DNA from: a phage
Reading direction: 5' to 3' (one strand)
Assembly (NCBI GenBank): GCA_014161675.1
Contig: GCA_014161675.1_4760.2
Length of the DNA stretch: 53,227 nt
Below the pieces are notes generated by a model that did no database searches, had not been told where the DNA came from, and worked only from the letters and a program-made list of their open reading frames with translations. A program made the position numbers and the translations under genes. This document shows, one piece after another, positions 34,148 to 43,621 of the stretch. Within the stretch, counting starts at the first letter, position 1. Each line of letters opens with the position of its first letter.

Positions 34148-35176
34148 TTAAAATTTACAATATTTCATAAACCGCATTTTAGCCATCAGACCTTGTACGG
34201 TGTTCTCTTTGATATATTCCATGATCTGGTCGCGTGTAGCACCCTCATCCTGAATCATGGCGTTAACGTCTTTAGAATGCCACGGGCAACGATCCCACAA
34301 AACAATCTTTTCCCCTGCATTGATAAACTTTTCCAGTCGGTGCATTGTATCGGCAGACCGTGGTTCCGCATCAAGTACAAACACTCGCTGATCAGGGAAA
34401 GGTATTTCATCTAATCCCAAAGTACCGCCAGTAATTGCACACCCGTTATCAATAAACAATGAATCGATCGGACCTTCTAAGAAATACACTGGTTTACTCG
34501 GATCGGCGCGTTCAATACCATAGACCTTACTCGCTAACTCATGAGTTTTAATCGTCATATATTTGGTCTTTCCGTAATCCTTTCTCAATGCTCGCCCCTG
34601 AATGGATTCTATCTTGTTCTCGCGGTTAAAGATAGGAATCACTAAACGAGGTTCAGGTTGCGGATTCTTGAAGGTATCCGCTTTAATGTGATTTGCTACC
34701 TTTTGCCATTCTCTCGTGAAATACAGAAGATCCCATTTATCGTGGGGAATGCAACGATCACTGACATACTTTATTATAGGATGATTAGCCGGAAGAGTGT
34801 CTAATCTCTCGCAGAAAGGCAATGTTTGCACTTTCTTAATCTCCGGCTTTTCTACCTTTTTCAGTGGCTTGAACGTGGTGTTCTTGTGGTCGCCTTGTTC
34901 CTTCCGACGTTCCATAAGCCATTCCCTGAATAAGTCCGGCTTATACTGTTTGAGAAATTCACCTAACGGCTGATTGTAGTTACAGTTGAAACAGCCGCAA
35001 CGCAAACTATCCTTATAGGTATAGATACGGAATCGCGCTTGAGTATGATTTTTCTTTGAGTCACCGCAGATCGGACAACTACAGACCAGCGTAAATGAGC
35101 TAGTATGCAACCGTTTAAAATTTCGTTCGCCGTATATGGCTTTTTCCGCTATTTCATAATCTGCGTAGTAAATCAT
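34148..35176 (-). CDS. 61: DNA primase gp61
   Basis: 342 aa; recalled T4 gp61 similarity (zinc ribbon CPICGDSK...CFNCNY, HPIIKYV, EPRLVIPIFN, QGRAL, LEGPIDSLFIDNGCAITGG, IMEYIKENTVQGLMAKMR). Confidence 0.92.
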   Translation of the reverse strand: MIYYADYEIAEKAIYGERNFKRLHTSSFTLVCSCPICGDSKKNHTQARFRIYTYKDSLRCGCFNCNYNQPLGEFLKQYKPDLFREWLMERRKEQGDHKNTTFKPLKKVEKPEIKKVQTLPFCERLDTLPANHPIIKYVSDRCIPHDKWDLLYFTREWQKVANHIKADTFKNPQPEPRLVIPIFNRENKIESIQGRALRKDYGKTKYMTIKTHELASKVYGIERADPSKPVYFLEGPIDSLFIDNGCAITGGTLGLDEIPFPDQRVFVLDAEPRSADTMHRLEKFINAGEKIVLWDRCPWHSKDVNAMIQDEGATRDQIMEYIKENTVQGLMAKMRFMKYCKF

Positions 35177-35185
35177 AATAACCTC

Positions 35186-35389
35186 TTATAGCTCAAATTT
35201 CATGAAAGTTCCTACACTTTCATTTTCATTCTCTCCGTTCTCATCTAAGCCAAATTTGTAGACACTACCATCTGGCGATGTGTAAGAGAATACACGAAAA
35301 CGGCCTACCGGATCAAGTTCTGTAAATTCATATTCTTTTCCGGCTTCAAAAAGTGCATATGTGCTTTTAAGACATTTCATCGTAATCAT
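35186..35389 (-). CDS. Hypothetical protein (67 aa)
   Basis: ORF; its ATG overlaps the stop of the upstream micro-ORF (ATGA). Confidence 0.45.
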   Translation of the reverse strand: MITMKCLKSTYALFEAGKEYEFTELDPVGRFRVFSYTSPDGSVYKFGLDENGENENESVGTFMKFEL

Positions 35390-35544
35390 TTAAGCGCCAC
35401 CGATAACAGAATGAGAACTACACCAACATACATTGTGATCTCGGACAACTTTTCTGTTTTTGTTTTGTGTCCAGATAATCCGAAAACAACAACACCGATA
35501 ATAGCGGACAGCAAGCCAACGATAAACATGATGATACTAAGCAC
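35386..35544 (-). CDS. Candidate two-helix membrane micro-protein (52 aa, GTG start)
   Basis: AAGGAGAAAGAC upstream of the GTG; translation LSIIMFIVGLLSAIIGVVVFGLSGHKTKTEKLSEITMYVGVVLILLSVALK shows two hydrophobic helices. Below the track cutoff. Confidence 0.4.
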   Translation of the reverse strand: MLSIIMFIVGLLSAIIGVVVFGLSGHKTKTEKLSEITMYVGVVLILLSVALK

Positions 35545-35713
35545 CGTCTTTCTCCTTTTTGCGTTTTTCTTTACCCGCTACACTAGGTCCACGATTGGTA
35601 ATAGATCCGCTCGTTTCACCTGCTGCGATCTTCTCAGGATTGCCGCCAGCATCGCCAGCGGTCATATCTTCTTTGAGTTTATTTTCTTCAACAAACTGTT
35701 TAAAGCCAATCAT
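35537..35713 (-). CDS. Candidate 58-aa micro-ORF
   Basis: ATG overlaps the stop of the upstream gene (ATGA); hydrophilic Gly/Lys-rich product MIGFKQFVEENKLKEDMTAGDAGGNPEKIAAGETSG... Confidence 0.35.
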   Translation of the reverse strand: MIGFKQFVEENKLKEDMTAGDAGGNPEKIAAGETSGSITNRGPSVAGKEKRKKEKDGA

Positions 35714-36087
35714 AGAATAATCTCTTTCAGTAAGTCAACAATCTGGTCTTTCGTCAGTTTATCCTGATTCTCTACAATCTTGATAACACAAGCGTTAACA
35801 TCTTTTCGAGTCACACGGGAGATCGTTTTAATACGATGAAACGGTTCGTAGAAATATACTGCTTCATTATAGAGCGCAGCAATTTTTCGACGCATTTGAT
35901 CTTTATCTGACAAGAAAACAAGTGCTGTTTTATGACCTTCTACACCCGCCACGTTATATAGTTCAGCAACACCCCAGCGACCTTCCGGTTCAATCATTCC
36001 TGCGTGTTTACCGTCGATAAAAATAAGAATATCTCCGTTGAATGCGGTTTTGAATGCTACATCTTCCGGCGTAATCATATTTTTCAT
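35710..36087 (-). CDS. Hypothetical protein (125 aa)
   Basis: ORF with AAGGAGA upstream. Confidence 0.5.
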   Translation of the reverse strand: MKNMITPEDVAFKTAFNGDILIFIDGKHAGMIEPEGRWGVAELYNVAGVEGHKTALVFLSDKDQMRRKIAALYNEAVYFYEPFHRIKTISRVTRKDVNACVIKIVENQDKLTKDQIVDLLKEIIL

Positions 36088-36117
36088 AATATAGTCTCCT
36101 TAGAGTTTCATTATAGA

Positions 36118-36753
36118 TCAAGCGAATGTAGAAAGCAAACGTTTTGTTTCTTTCAGTTGTCGTTCAAGATCTTTGCGTTTCTCTTTAAGTTGCATTTTAG
36201 CATTATTTCGCTGTTTTTCAACATCTTTATCAATATGCTTAGTCCAATTATCAATATCAGAATAAGTTGGCATACCCAATTCTAGACCTAATGCGGTTGG
36301 GTGCAGGGTAACAGTCCATAAACCGCTAATCTTCTTAAATAGGTCGGGGTGTAGTGTACTATCTACATCTTCCGGTGTCAACTCTTTTTCTTCTTTCAGT
36401 GGTGGGATCTCGTCATATGGTTCCAGTGCATTTACTTTAATATCAGATACCTCATCAAAGAATCCGCGTACATCCGCAGGAAATACACAAGCAATTTCCC
36501 AACCGTGATCACGCAGAGAAGTAATATTTTTCACTCCCCCACCATGTGTGATGATTGATGTGACATTGCCATCAAGGTCCACCGAATTTACGAGAAATGG
36601 CTTATCGTCTGTCAGATCATTATAAAACTGTGCTTCGGCTGTAGTCATCTCCAGAAACAGATCTCGGATCGGACGACCATCAGGTGCGTTACCTTCCTTG
36701 AGAGTATAAAAGCGACTTACGATCCATTTTGGCGGTAAAGCATTAGCGATCAT
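36118..36753 (-). CDS. Hypothetical protein (211 aa) with basic coiled-coil C-terminus
   Basis: ORF with GGAGAT upstream; the C-terminus is KR-rich (QRNNAKMQLKEKRKDLERQLKETKR). Confidence 0.5.
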   Translation of the reverse strand: MIANALPPKWIVSRFYTLKEGNAPDGRPIRDLFLEMTTAEAQFYNDLTDDKPFLVNSVDLDGNVTSIITHGGGVKNITSLRDHGWEIACVFPADVRGFFDEVSDIKVNALEPYDEIPPLKEEKELTPEDVDSTLHPDLFKKISGLWTVTLHPTALGLELGMPTYSDIDNWTKHIDKDVEKQRNNAKMQLKEKRKDLERQLKETKRLLSTFA

Positions 36754-36803
36754 GTTATATCTCCTATCAAATCATTCACCAGCGCCCCGCAGGGCGCATT
36801 TTA

Positions 36804-38216
36804 TTAGAAAGTCATGTTATTTGCTAGCTCGTCGAGTTTTTCTCGTTTCTCGGCTTGCTGTGCGCTTTGTGGTTTAACTTGTGCATTCTCCTGATCTGCG
36901 ATCTGGTTTGGGACTTCATACCAACGCTGATTGCCTTTTTTCACACCAACGTTAAACCGTGAATAATAGTTCTTATCACCGTAACGAGACTTGATCTGCT
37001 TCATGAGTTGGACGCCCATTTTAGCCAGGTCTTCGGTTTCGATAACACCCAACATAAAGTCGGCAGTAGCCGGAAGACCTGCTGATTCAGCGGTATCACT
37101 CATGTTAAGGTCGGAAGCATCCCAACCCGCGCGGGTAGTCTGTGCCGCAGTCCAACCAACAACATCCCACTTAACAAAAAATCCTCGCAGTTCTTCCGCA
37201 ATCGCCTTAACTAGTGTGTAACTATTTTCAGAGTATACACGCAAGCGAGACGATGCGCAAATCCCCAGATAGTCAACAATCACAACATCAGGTTTAAACT
37301 GTTTCTTGAGTCGCAATTCATTCATTAACGCCTCAAAGTGATTGGAGTTCGCGCCACCAGTCGGATACTGCTTGATCATCAATTTTCCAACCGGACGATC
37401 TCCGATCTTCTTATTCTTAACACGCTTCATACGTGCGGAATATTCCGCAAAAGAAACATTACCATTATCCAATTCATCTAATGTAATGTCAAGCAAGTTT
37501 GCGTCGATACGTTTGGCTACGACATGCTCTGCCATCTCCATTGAGATATACAATACATCATAACCACATTCCATATAATCCGCAGCAAGAGAACATAATC
37601 CAAGCGATTTACCAACATTTACACCAGCAAGCAACACATTTAGCGTTTTTCTTTCCGCACCTCCTTTCGTGATTTTATTCAACATCGGCAGCTTAAACGG
37701 GATCTTATTCGCCTTAGTCTGATATAGCAAGAATCGTTTTTCAAAGTCATTAAACCAGTCATGACCTACATCAGAATCAAACGTAATGGATAGTGCTTCC
37801 TGCATGATCTCAGGAATAGCACCCTCACTCGGCAATTTCTTATTCTGTTTCTCTTTTGGTAGTTGTGCGTTCGCCTGAATCTCTAGCGCCCGTGACATTG
37901 CATTATACATGGCACGGTCACGAATAAATTTTTCTGTTTCCTTCATTAACCAATCAAGGTCTTCCGGTGTATTCTCCAGCGAATCGAGAAGAGTTTTAGC
38001 CCCTTCATATGTTGTCTGATTGCCTCTCTCCTTGTCTAAAGCAATCTGTAATGCAGTTGGCGTAGGAATGTTGGAATATTCGTCTACGTGCTTTTTAATC
38101 AGTTTATAAATCAGTTTTTCTTCGTCTTCGGTGAAGTAGTCCGCTTTAAGGTGAGGCCATACATTCGTAAAGAATGCGCCATTGTAAATCAACTGTGAAA
38201 AGATAGTTTTAATCAT
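36804..38216 (-). CDS. 41: Replicative DNA helicase gp41 (DnaB-like)
   Basis: 470 aa; DnaB/RecA-fold motifs (LNVLLAGVNVGKS, YISMEMAE, VVIVDYLGI) and T4 position between 61 and uvsX. Confidence 0.92.
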   Translation of the reverse strand: MIKTIFSQLIYNGAFFTNVWPHLKADYFTEDEEKLIYKLIKKHVDEYSNIPTPTALQIALDKERGNQTTYEGAKTLLDSLENTPEDLDWLMKETEKFIRDRAMYNAMSRALEIQANAQLPKEKQNKKLPSEGAIPEIMQEALSITFDSDVGHDWFNDFEKRFLLYQTKANKIPFKLPMLNKITKGGAERKTLNVLLAGVNVGKSLGLCSLAADYMECGYDVLYISMEMAEHVVAKRIDANLLDITLDELDNGNVSFAEYSARMKRVKNKKIGDRPVGKLMIKQYPTGGANSNHFEALMNELRLKKQFKPDVVIVDYLGICASSRLRVYSENSYTLVKAIAEELRGFFVKWDVVGWTAAQTTRAGWDASDLNMSDTAESAGLPATADFMLGVIETEDLAKMGVQLMKQIKSRYGDKNYYSRFNVGVKKGNQRWYEVPNQIADQENAQVKPQSAQQAEKREKLDELANNMTF

Positions 38217-38530
38217 ACATAGCCCCCAACTACACGCATAACAAAGGTCTTGAGTTTATACCAGAAAGTTTCTTTTTTCAACTTTTCTTCTGCTTCTTTG
38301 ATCTGCGCGGTTAACGCCTTAATGACGTGTGGATATACCACATCACGATCTGACGGCGTGGAGTAGTCGACCACAATACCTTTAGTGTCTGGATCGTATT
38401 CAACATTATGAATATAGACAATATGATGTTCTCCCTCTTCATCAACAATTATCAGTTCCTGAATAACTGTCTTCATTGCTTCTTGAATCAAGCTGTGTGC
38501 TTCTTCTAAACTTGTTGGTTTCTTATCCAT
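38213..38530 (-). CDS. Hypothetical protein (105 aa), positional counterpart of T4 gene 40
   Basis: ORF between 41 and uvsX with a hydrophobic C-terminus. Assignment by position only. Confidence 0.4.
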   Translation of the reverse strand: MDKKPTSLEEAHSLIQEAMKTVIQELIIVDEEGEHHIVYIHNVEYDPDTKGIVVDYSTPSDRDVVYPHVIKALTAQIKEAEEKLKKETFWYKLKTFVMRVVGGYV

Positions 38531-38550
38531 AATATAATCCTCTCTAGATA

Positions 38551-38575
38551 TGAAAAAGGGGCACGTAGCCCCTTT
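38551..38575 (-). terminator. Rho-independent terminator after uvsX
   Basis: Minus strand AAAGGGGC-TACGT-GCCCCTTT followed by TTTTTC; the ribosome-binding site of the next gene follows directly, so read-through is likely. Confidence 0.7.
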
Positions 38576-38585
38576 ACTACCATTG

Positions 38586-39656
38586 TTATGCTAACATATC
38601 TTCGATTTCTTTGTCAACTGCTTCGTCGCTGATCACTTGCCCCAGCTTATAATGATCGTTGATTGCTTCGTTAAACTTATCGTTTGTCAGAAGTGGTTTC
38701 CAGAACTCAATGCTATTGGTTTCTTTAGCACGGAACTTGCGTTCTTCGGTTTCCATCTCTCCGGTCTCGGTATTTAGGATTGAACGAGAATACCAGCCGT
38801 TTGACGGTTTCACTACCCAGCCTAACTCTACAGCCAATTCCAGCAAGCCGGAATAAGGATCGATGCCACCGCTAAATGTTACGCTAATCGGGAACTTCGA
38901 TTTTTCTTTAACGGTTCGTGATTTTTCCGCATTCAGGATAAAATCATAACCAGTAATTTCGGTTCCTTCTTTCTGCTGACGACGACCAATAATGAAAACT
39001 TCATTGGCTGAATACATCGCGCCCGTACCGCCGGACATAACGGTCTTACTAAACATTTCTTGCGTTTCGTAAGTGTGGTTAATAGCGATGCACGGGATAT
39101 CATTCATAGTCAGATACGGTGTCACCATACGGAACAAGCCTTTAAGTGCTTTAGCTCGCGTCATATCCTGTGCGGATTTCTCATTAATCGCGTCTTCAAC
39201 TTCTTTTTTACTTGCTAAGTTACCGATTGAGTCAATAAAGATGATCACTTTATCTTCACGGGTAATTTGCTCAAGCTGGTTCATGATTTCAAATTTAAGT
39301 TCTTCGATGTTCTTGATTGGAACATGCACCACGCGATCAGGATCTACACCCATAGATTCAAGATAAGCGGATGTAATACCGAACTCAGAATCAAAGAACA
39401 AACACGCCGCATCAGGATTCTGTTTCATGTATGCACTAACACAGGTTAATCCCATGTTTGATTTAAAGTGCTTAGACGGACCAGCAAAGAAAATCAGACC
39501 AGATTGAAAGCCTTTTTTAAGATCACCCGAAAACGCAATATTCAGCATCGGGATCTTAGTGCGAGTATTTGTTTTTTCGTTAAAGAAGCTGGATTTAGAC
39601 AGTACCGCAGTAGTTTTCAGGGTAGAGTTCTTTTTCAGTTTTTCCAGTACAGACAT
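38586..39656 (-). CDS. uvsX: UvsX recombinase (RecA-like)
   Basis: 356 aa; recalled T4 UvsX similarity (KIPMLNIAFSGD, FAGPSKHFKSN, FFDSEFGIT, FIDSIGNLASKKE, IAINHTYETQEMFSKTVMSGGTG, KSRTVKEKSKF). Confidence 0.93.
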   Translation of the reverse strand: MSVLEKLKKNSTLKTTAVLSKSSFFNEKTNTRTKIPMLNIAFSGDLKKGFQSGLIFFAGPSKHFKSNMGLTCVSAYMKQNPDAACLFFDSEFGITSAYLESMGVDPDRVVHVPIKNIEELKFEIMNQLEQITREDKVIIFIDSIGNLASKKEVEDAINEKSAQDMTRAKALKGLFRMVTPYLTMNDIPCIAINHTYETQEMFSKTVMSGGTGAMYSANEVFIIGRRQQKEGTEITGYDFILNAEKSRTVKEKSKFPISVTFSGGIDPYSGLLELAVELGWVVKPSNGWYSRSILNTETGEMETEERKFRAKETNSIEFWKPLLTNDKFNEAINDHYKLGQVISDEAVDKEIEDMLA

Positions 39657-39667
39657 TATTAATACCT

Positions 39668-39856
39668 CTATTCAGTTAATCCGTAATACTTTAATTGCTT
39701 CATTGTTATTCGATCTTTGTAGTGCTCTTGAATTAACTTTTTCATCGCATCAACATCGATCGTCACAAATACTTCGTTGCTGTGATTTCCGTGAACTTTC
39801 TTGAAATGCTCTATGCCTTCCTCACGTTCACGTTTAATCTTTTCAATGTCTCTCAT
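39668..39856 (-). CDS. Hypothetical protein (62 aa) in the uvsX-43 gap
   Basis: Start set at the ATG (MRDIEKIKRER...) after GAGAAAT. This is the only ORF where T4 carries beta-gt, 42 and imm. Confidence 0.4.
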   Translation of the reverse strand: MRDIEKIKREREEGIEHFKKVHGNHSNEVFVTIDVDAMKKLIQEHYKDRITMKQLKYYGLTE

Positions 39857-39900
39857 CGTATATTTCTCACGTTGGCGGGTATCGTCACCCAACACCCGCC

Positions 39901-39928
39901 ATTATACACACTTTATCTTAAATGTCAA
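39901..39928 (-). promoter_or_regulatory. Sigma70-type promoter overlapping the end of gene 43
   Basis: Minus strand TTGACA (39923-39928), 16-bp spacer, TATAAT (39901-39906); the leader contains the hairpin GGCGGGT-13 nt-ACCCGCC. Confidence 0.5.
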
Positions 39929-42596
39929 ACAGGTCAGTCAGAGAAGCAACTTTCTCATATTGCAGCTTTGCAGCCGTGGTAATGTTCTCCAGTGGTTTGA
40001 CGAAAGTCTTATTAAACAACAAAGGCCAGTCCAACCACTTCAACACCTCTGATTCAATTTCTGGTGGAATACGAGTACCGGACAACCAACCAAAACAGAT
40101 TTCTCCAAACGGATTTCGATCTTTAAGCGGTACAATCATAACCTTCTCGCCCTCACGAATCGGATCTAGTCCGAATTTTCGAGCATTACGATTATAACAC
40201 AATACACTCTTAACCGCATACGGACAGCCCTTAATCGGATACCCGTTTGAATCGCTGTATTTCTGTAGGTTGTTTGCAGATGATACCGCAGCAACCTCAA
40301 GATAATCAAGTTTTCTAAATTCTTGCTCAAAAATACCGTAGTATTCCTGCAATGACTCTTCACCTTCCTGCAACATACGGCGAATACATTCTTTCAGTGA
40401 TTTCTGACATGCTTTAGGGGTGGAGCTACGTTGCGTTTCCAAGCCCATGATTTTTAGCTTAGGTTCAGCAAAGCGCGTTCCTTCCATATCCCAAACATTA
40501 AGAGCATAACGCTTTTTGCCAGTCCAGAATCCACCGATACCCGCAGATTTCAACGGAGGACCAGCAATTGCCTCACGGTCCATAAACATCAAGTGCTCAT
40601 AGTTGTTCATGTACTCGCATAACTCGCGATATCCCTTGTCGATAATAGGTTCCATTCGATGTTTACCGAAATTATCAAGGAAGTCAACAAGTTTTTCGGT
40701 ATCGTCGAAACGGTCTTCCCCGCCAACCTTATCAACAACATTGTTAACCAGCACATAAACGGAGTCAGTATCACAATAACGAACATATGCAAAATCGGTT
40801 GTTCCGCAAAGCTCGTTTAAGTATTCGTTAATCTTACGCTCAATCCACTGAATTGCAAGCTGACCAAACAAGGTGATCGCACTAGCGTTACGGAGATCAT
40901 AAAAACGGAATTTAGGATTCCCCAACGCACCATAAAGGGAGTTGATCAAAACTTTACGAGAAAGCTGGTTTGTATTGCACAAGATCGACTCGTCTTTACA
41001 TTCTTCCAGCAATTTCTCTAAGGCATCTTTACTTAATTCAGAAAGCATCGATTTAAACGCTTCATCAAAGTCGTGACGCACTTCAACGCTATAGCTAATG
41101 GTCCCCCCATAAACATGATTTTCATCGTGTAGAATCGCTTTACATAGTTCAGCATTGCGATCACATGCCAACATCATGTTTTTGTACTGCTTACGCTGAT
41201 CGAATACCTTTTTAATCTCAATCGGTACGATACCATGAATATCTTTTCGATACATCCATCCGTTAGGCGAGCAAGAATACTCATCACTCGGACGTGGTGC
41301 AGTTTTATTGATATACTCGTGCATCGGTGCAGCATCAAAAGATCCGGCGATTGTTTCAGGCGAAATATTAACCTGTCGAATAATAGATGGATACAGACTT
41401 GTTAAGTCAAAGCTCATCATCCAACGGTAAGCATTAGGTACTGGCTCTTTTACAAATGCGCCCGGATAAGTCTGCTTAGGCTGTATCTTGTTCTCCGGTA
41501 CTACTTTACCCTCAGCTTTCAGAGATCCGAAAATAATAGCATCCCATACTTTCATCGGGTTATAAACATGGTTAAATTTAATCTTTGCATAGAAACATAG
41601 ACTATACACAAGATCGATAAATCCACGCTTTTTATCAATCGCCAGCACACGATCAACGTCGCCGATGTTATAATCGATGTAAAGTTGATGGTTATCATCA
41701 CGCAATTTCTTTAACGGACCATCATAATCAACCTTACCGATTCCTGTCTCATATTCAGCAACATAATCTAACGCATATGTTGGTTGAGTCGTAAAGCTAA
41801 ATTTCTTGTACAGGTCAATATAATCAAGGCTTTCGATCCCCATGATCGTAAATGCTTCACGCTCGTTACCAAAATCATCCTGTGAGATTCGGGATTTAAT
41901 CTTACCGCACGGGCTTAGACGGTTAGCGGTTCTACTTCCGAACTTATTACTGATACGTTTAATGATATATGGAATATCGAATGTTTCTGTGTTCCAGCCA
42001 GTGAAACCAACGGGTCGGTTTTCCTCAAAGAATCGGATGTATTCTAACAGCAATTCATCTTCTGTGTCATAGACGTTATAAACAACGCGCTCTACAATAT
42101 CAGGTCGAAGAATAGACTTGCTAGATTCCCAGATTTCACCGTTTTTTCCTTTCAAATCAAATACAAAGAAACGATCATGTACGGAATCATAATGCGTAAT
42201 TGCATCGATAGGATATTTCGCTTCTTCTGGTTTAGGAAATTCTGGGGCAGTGACCTCGATATCAACCCATGCTACACGGATTTTATTTCGGTCATATCGA
42301 ATCTCGCCTTTATACGTATCAGACAGATAGGAGATGATAAAATCATCCATCCCTAGCGCCTCTTGCCCCATTTCTCCCATCTTTTTACGCCATTTGTTGG
42401 CCTCGTTCATAGAGGGGAATTTTTTAGCAATGCAAGGCTTGCCATAGATATCTTTATAATTCGTAACCATACCAGGCGCGGCATGATGAAATAAAGTTGG
42501 CGTATATTCAACGTAACGCTCTTGTTCTTGTCCAGCATCATCAATATAACGCTCGTAGATCTTATCACCTACTCGCTCACATGACAGAAAATACAT
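39918..42596 (-). CDS. 43: DNA polymerase gp43 (family B)
   Basis: Recalled T4 gp43 similarity throughout (ERYID, KFPSM, DIEVT, FTGWN, SLYPSIIRQVNISPETI, YCDTDSVYV, KKRYALNV). Start set at the ATG at 42596 preceded by GAAGGAG; the track's GTG extension is rejected. Confidence 0.95.
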   Translation of the reverse strand: MYFLSCERVGDKIYERYIDDAGQEQERYVEYTPTLFHHAAPGMVTNYKDIYGKPCIAKKFPSMNEANKWRKKMGEMGQEALGMDDFIISYLSDTYKGEIRYDRNKIRVAWVDIEVTAPEFPKPEEAKYPIDAITHYDSVHDRFFVFDLKGKNGEIWESSKSILRPDIVERVVYNVYDTEDELLLEYIRFFEENRPVGFTGWNTETFDIPYIIKRISNKFGSRTANRLSPCGKIKSRISQDDFGNEREAFTIMGIESLDYIDLYKKFSFTTQPTYALDYVAEYETGIGKVDYDGPLKKLRDDNHQLYIDYNIGDVDRVLAIDKKRGFIDLVYSLCFYAKIKFNHVYNPMKVWDAIIFGSLKAEGKVVPENKIQPKQTYPGAFVKEPVPNAYRWMMSFDLTSLYPSIIRQVNISPETIAGSFDAAPMHEYINKTAPRPSDEYSCSPNGWMYRKDIHGIVPIEIKKVFDQRKQYKNMMLACDRNAELCKAILHDENHVYGGTISYSVEVRHDFDEAFKSMLSELSKDALEKLLEECKDESILCNTNQLSRKVLINSLYGALGNPKFRFYDLRNASAITLFGQLAIQWIERKINEYLNELCGTTDFAYVRYCDTDSVYVLVNNVVDKVGGEDRFDDTEKLVDFLDNFGKHRMEPIIDKGYRELCEYMNNYEHLMFMDREAIAGPPLKSAGIGGFWTGKKRYALNVWDMEGTRFAEPKLKIMGLETQRSSTPKACQKSLKECIRRMLQEGEESLQEYYGIFEQEFRKLDYLEVAAVSSANNLQKYSDSNGYPIKGCPYAVKSVLCYNRNARKFGLDPIREGEKVMIVPLKDRNPFGEICFGWLSGTRIPPEIESEVLKWLDWPLLFNKTFVKPLENITTAAKLQYEKVASLTDLFDI

Positions 42597-42628
42597 AATA
42601 TAAACTCCTTCATTTACGAAAGACACTC

Positions 42629-42657
42629 ATTATAGGGGAATCGACCTAGTTTGTCAA
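42629..42657 (-). promoter_or_regulatory. Sigma70-type promoter upstream of gene 43
   Basis: Minus strand TTGACA (42652-42657), 17-bp spacer, TATAAT (42629-42634), in the regA-43 intergenic region. Confidence 0.55.
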
Positions 42658-42678
42658 TACCCCTATCCCATCAGTATC

Positions 42679-43041
42679 TTAGCGTCCGATTTGATATTTC
42701 TCTATAAGTGTCCATTCTTCTTTCTGTTTGAAAGACAGTACACGGAAATTATTAACTTCGGTAGTTTCAAAATCACTATCAATCAGGGTACACAGATTCC
42801 ACTGCGCCAGAAGTTTTGCAATGTTATTGCGGCGTAATTCATCTTCCCACGTCATTTTAACACTACGACCATCTAATTTCAACAACTCCTTGAAATGAAC
42901 GATGTAATAGCGCCCTTTCTTCTGGAGAATATGACAAGACTGATACAGTGTCTTGTCACGATTGTTGGCAATGCCGCAGCGGGTTAAAGTCTCCTTAATT
43001 TTAAGGAAGTTTTCAGGACTAATCAAATTAATTTCAATCAT
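42679..43041 (-). CDS. regA: Translational repressor RegA
   Basis: 120 aa; near-identical to recalled T4 RegA over the N-terminus (MIEI.L..PE.FLK.KETLTR.GIANN.DK.LYQSCHILQKKG.YYIVHFKE). Confidence 0.92.
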   Translation of the reverse strand: MIEINLISPENFLKIKETLTRCGIANNRDKTLYQSCHILQKKGRYYIVHFKELLKLDGRSVKMTWEDELRRNNIAKLLAQWNLCTLIDSDFETTEVNNFRVLSFKQKEEWTLIEKYQIGR

Positions 43042-43042
43042 T

Positions 43043-43621
43043 TTACCACCTTTCTATAATCTTTTTAAGTCGTTTCCTTTCTGTCTGATTCTTAGTAACA
43101 CCCGCCAAAAGTTCATCGGTCGCATACGGTTTAATGTGCTTCAATAACTTGTCCATATATCCCTTTTCATTAGCCAAATCGAGATAAAACCGGGCGTCAT
43201 CCATATTTACACAATATGCTTTCGCCACTGCCATTAAAACCAATTTTTGGTCCAATTCTTCTGTTAGTTTAGCCCATTTACCGTATCGTTTCCCCTTAGA
43301 AATACTCTGTAAGAGATAATCAAAATGCATTTGATCTGGGAGGCCATGACCGATTAAATTCATCACATACGCGCTATATAGGCAATCTGCGTGCTGGGAA
43401 AGAGCGGTGTTAATCCATCTCTGGTTATATGCAGAATTGTTTCCCACATTAACGCGCTGTTTATCTAAGGTGATATGATCCATCAGAGCAAATAATGCAT
43501 TGTCGGTTTTCTCGGTGAATGTATCCGCTAATTCAGACACCTTTTCCCAATCACGAGAGCGCCATGCAATTTCATGCTCGTTTAATTGTGTATCATCTTC
43601 ACCGAAAAATTGACCTAACAT
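43043..43621 (-). CDS. 62: Clamp loader small subunit gp62
   Basis: 192 aa; recalled T4 gp62 similarity (QLNEH..AW.S.DW, KGKRYGKWAKL); position between regA and 44. Confidence 0.85.
   Translation of the reverse strand: MLGQFFGEDDTQLNEHEIAWRSRDWEKVSELADTFTEKTDNALFALMDHITLDKQRVNVGNNSAYNQRWINTALSQHADCLYSAYVMNLIGHGLPDQMHFDYLLQSISKGKRYGKWAKLTEELDQKLVLMAVAKAYCVNMDDARFYLDLANEKGYMDKLLKHIKPYATDELLAGVTKNQTERKRLKKIIERW

Noticed and set aside
35411-35767. Plus-strand 118-aa track ORF in the 61-41 interval
   Set aside because: The same region is better explained by two coupled minus-strand micro-ORFs with ribosome-binding sites; the plus-strand ORF has no start context and is antisense to the operon.
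36100-36117. MotA-box-like TTGCTT about 17 bp upstream of a TATAAT
   Set aside because: The match to the (a/t)(a/t)TGCTT(t/c)A consensus is partial and no motA gene is recognisable in the window.
42597-42626. N-terminal extension of the gene 43 ORF to a GTG (MSFVNEGVYI...)
   Set aside because: The ATG at 42596 has a strong AAGGAG site and aligns with the recalled T4 gp43 N-terminus; the extension would run into the promoter.
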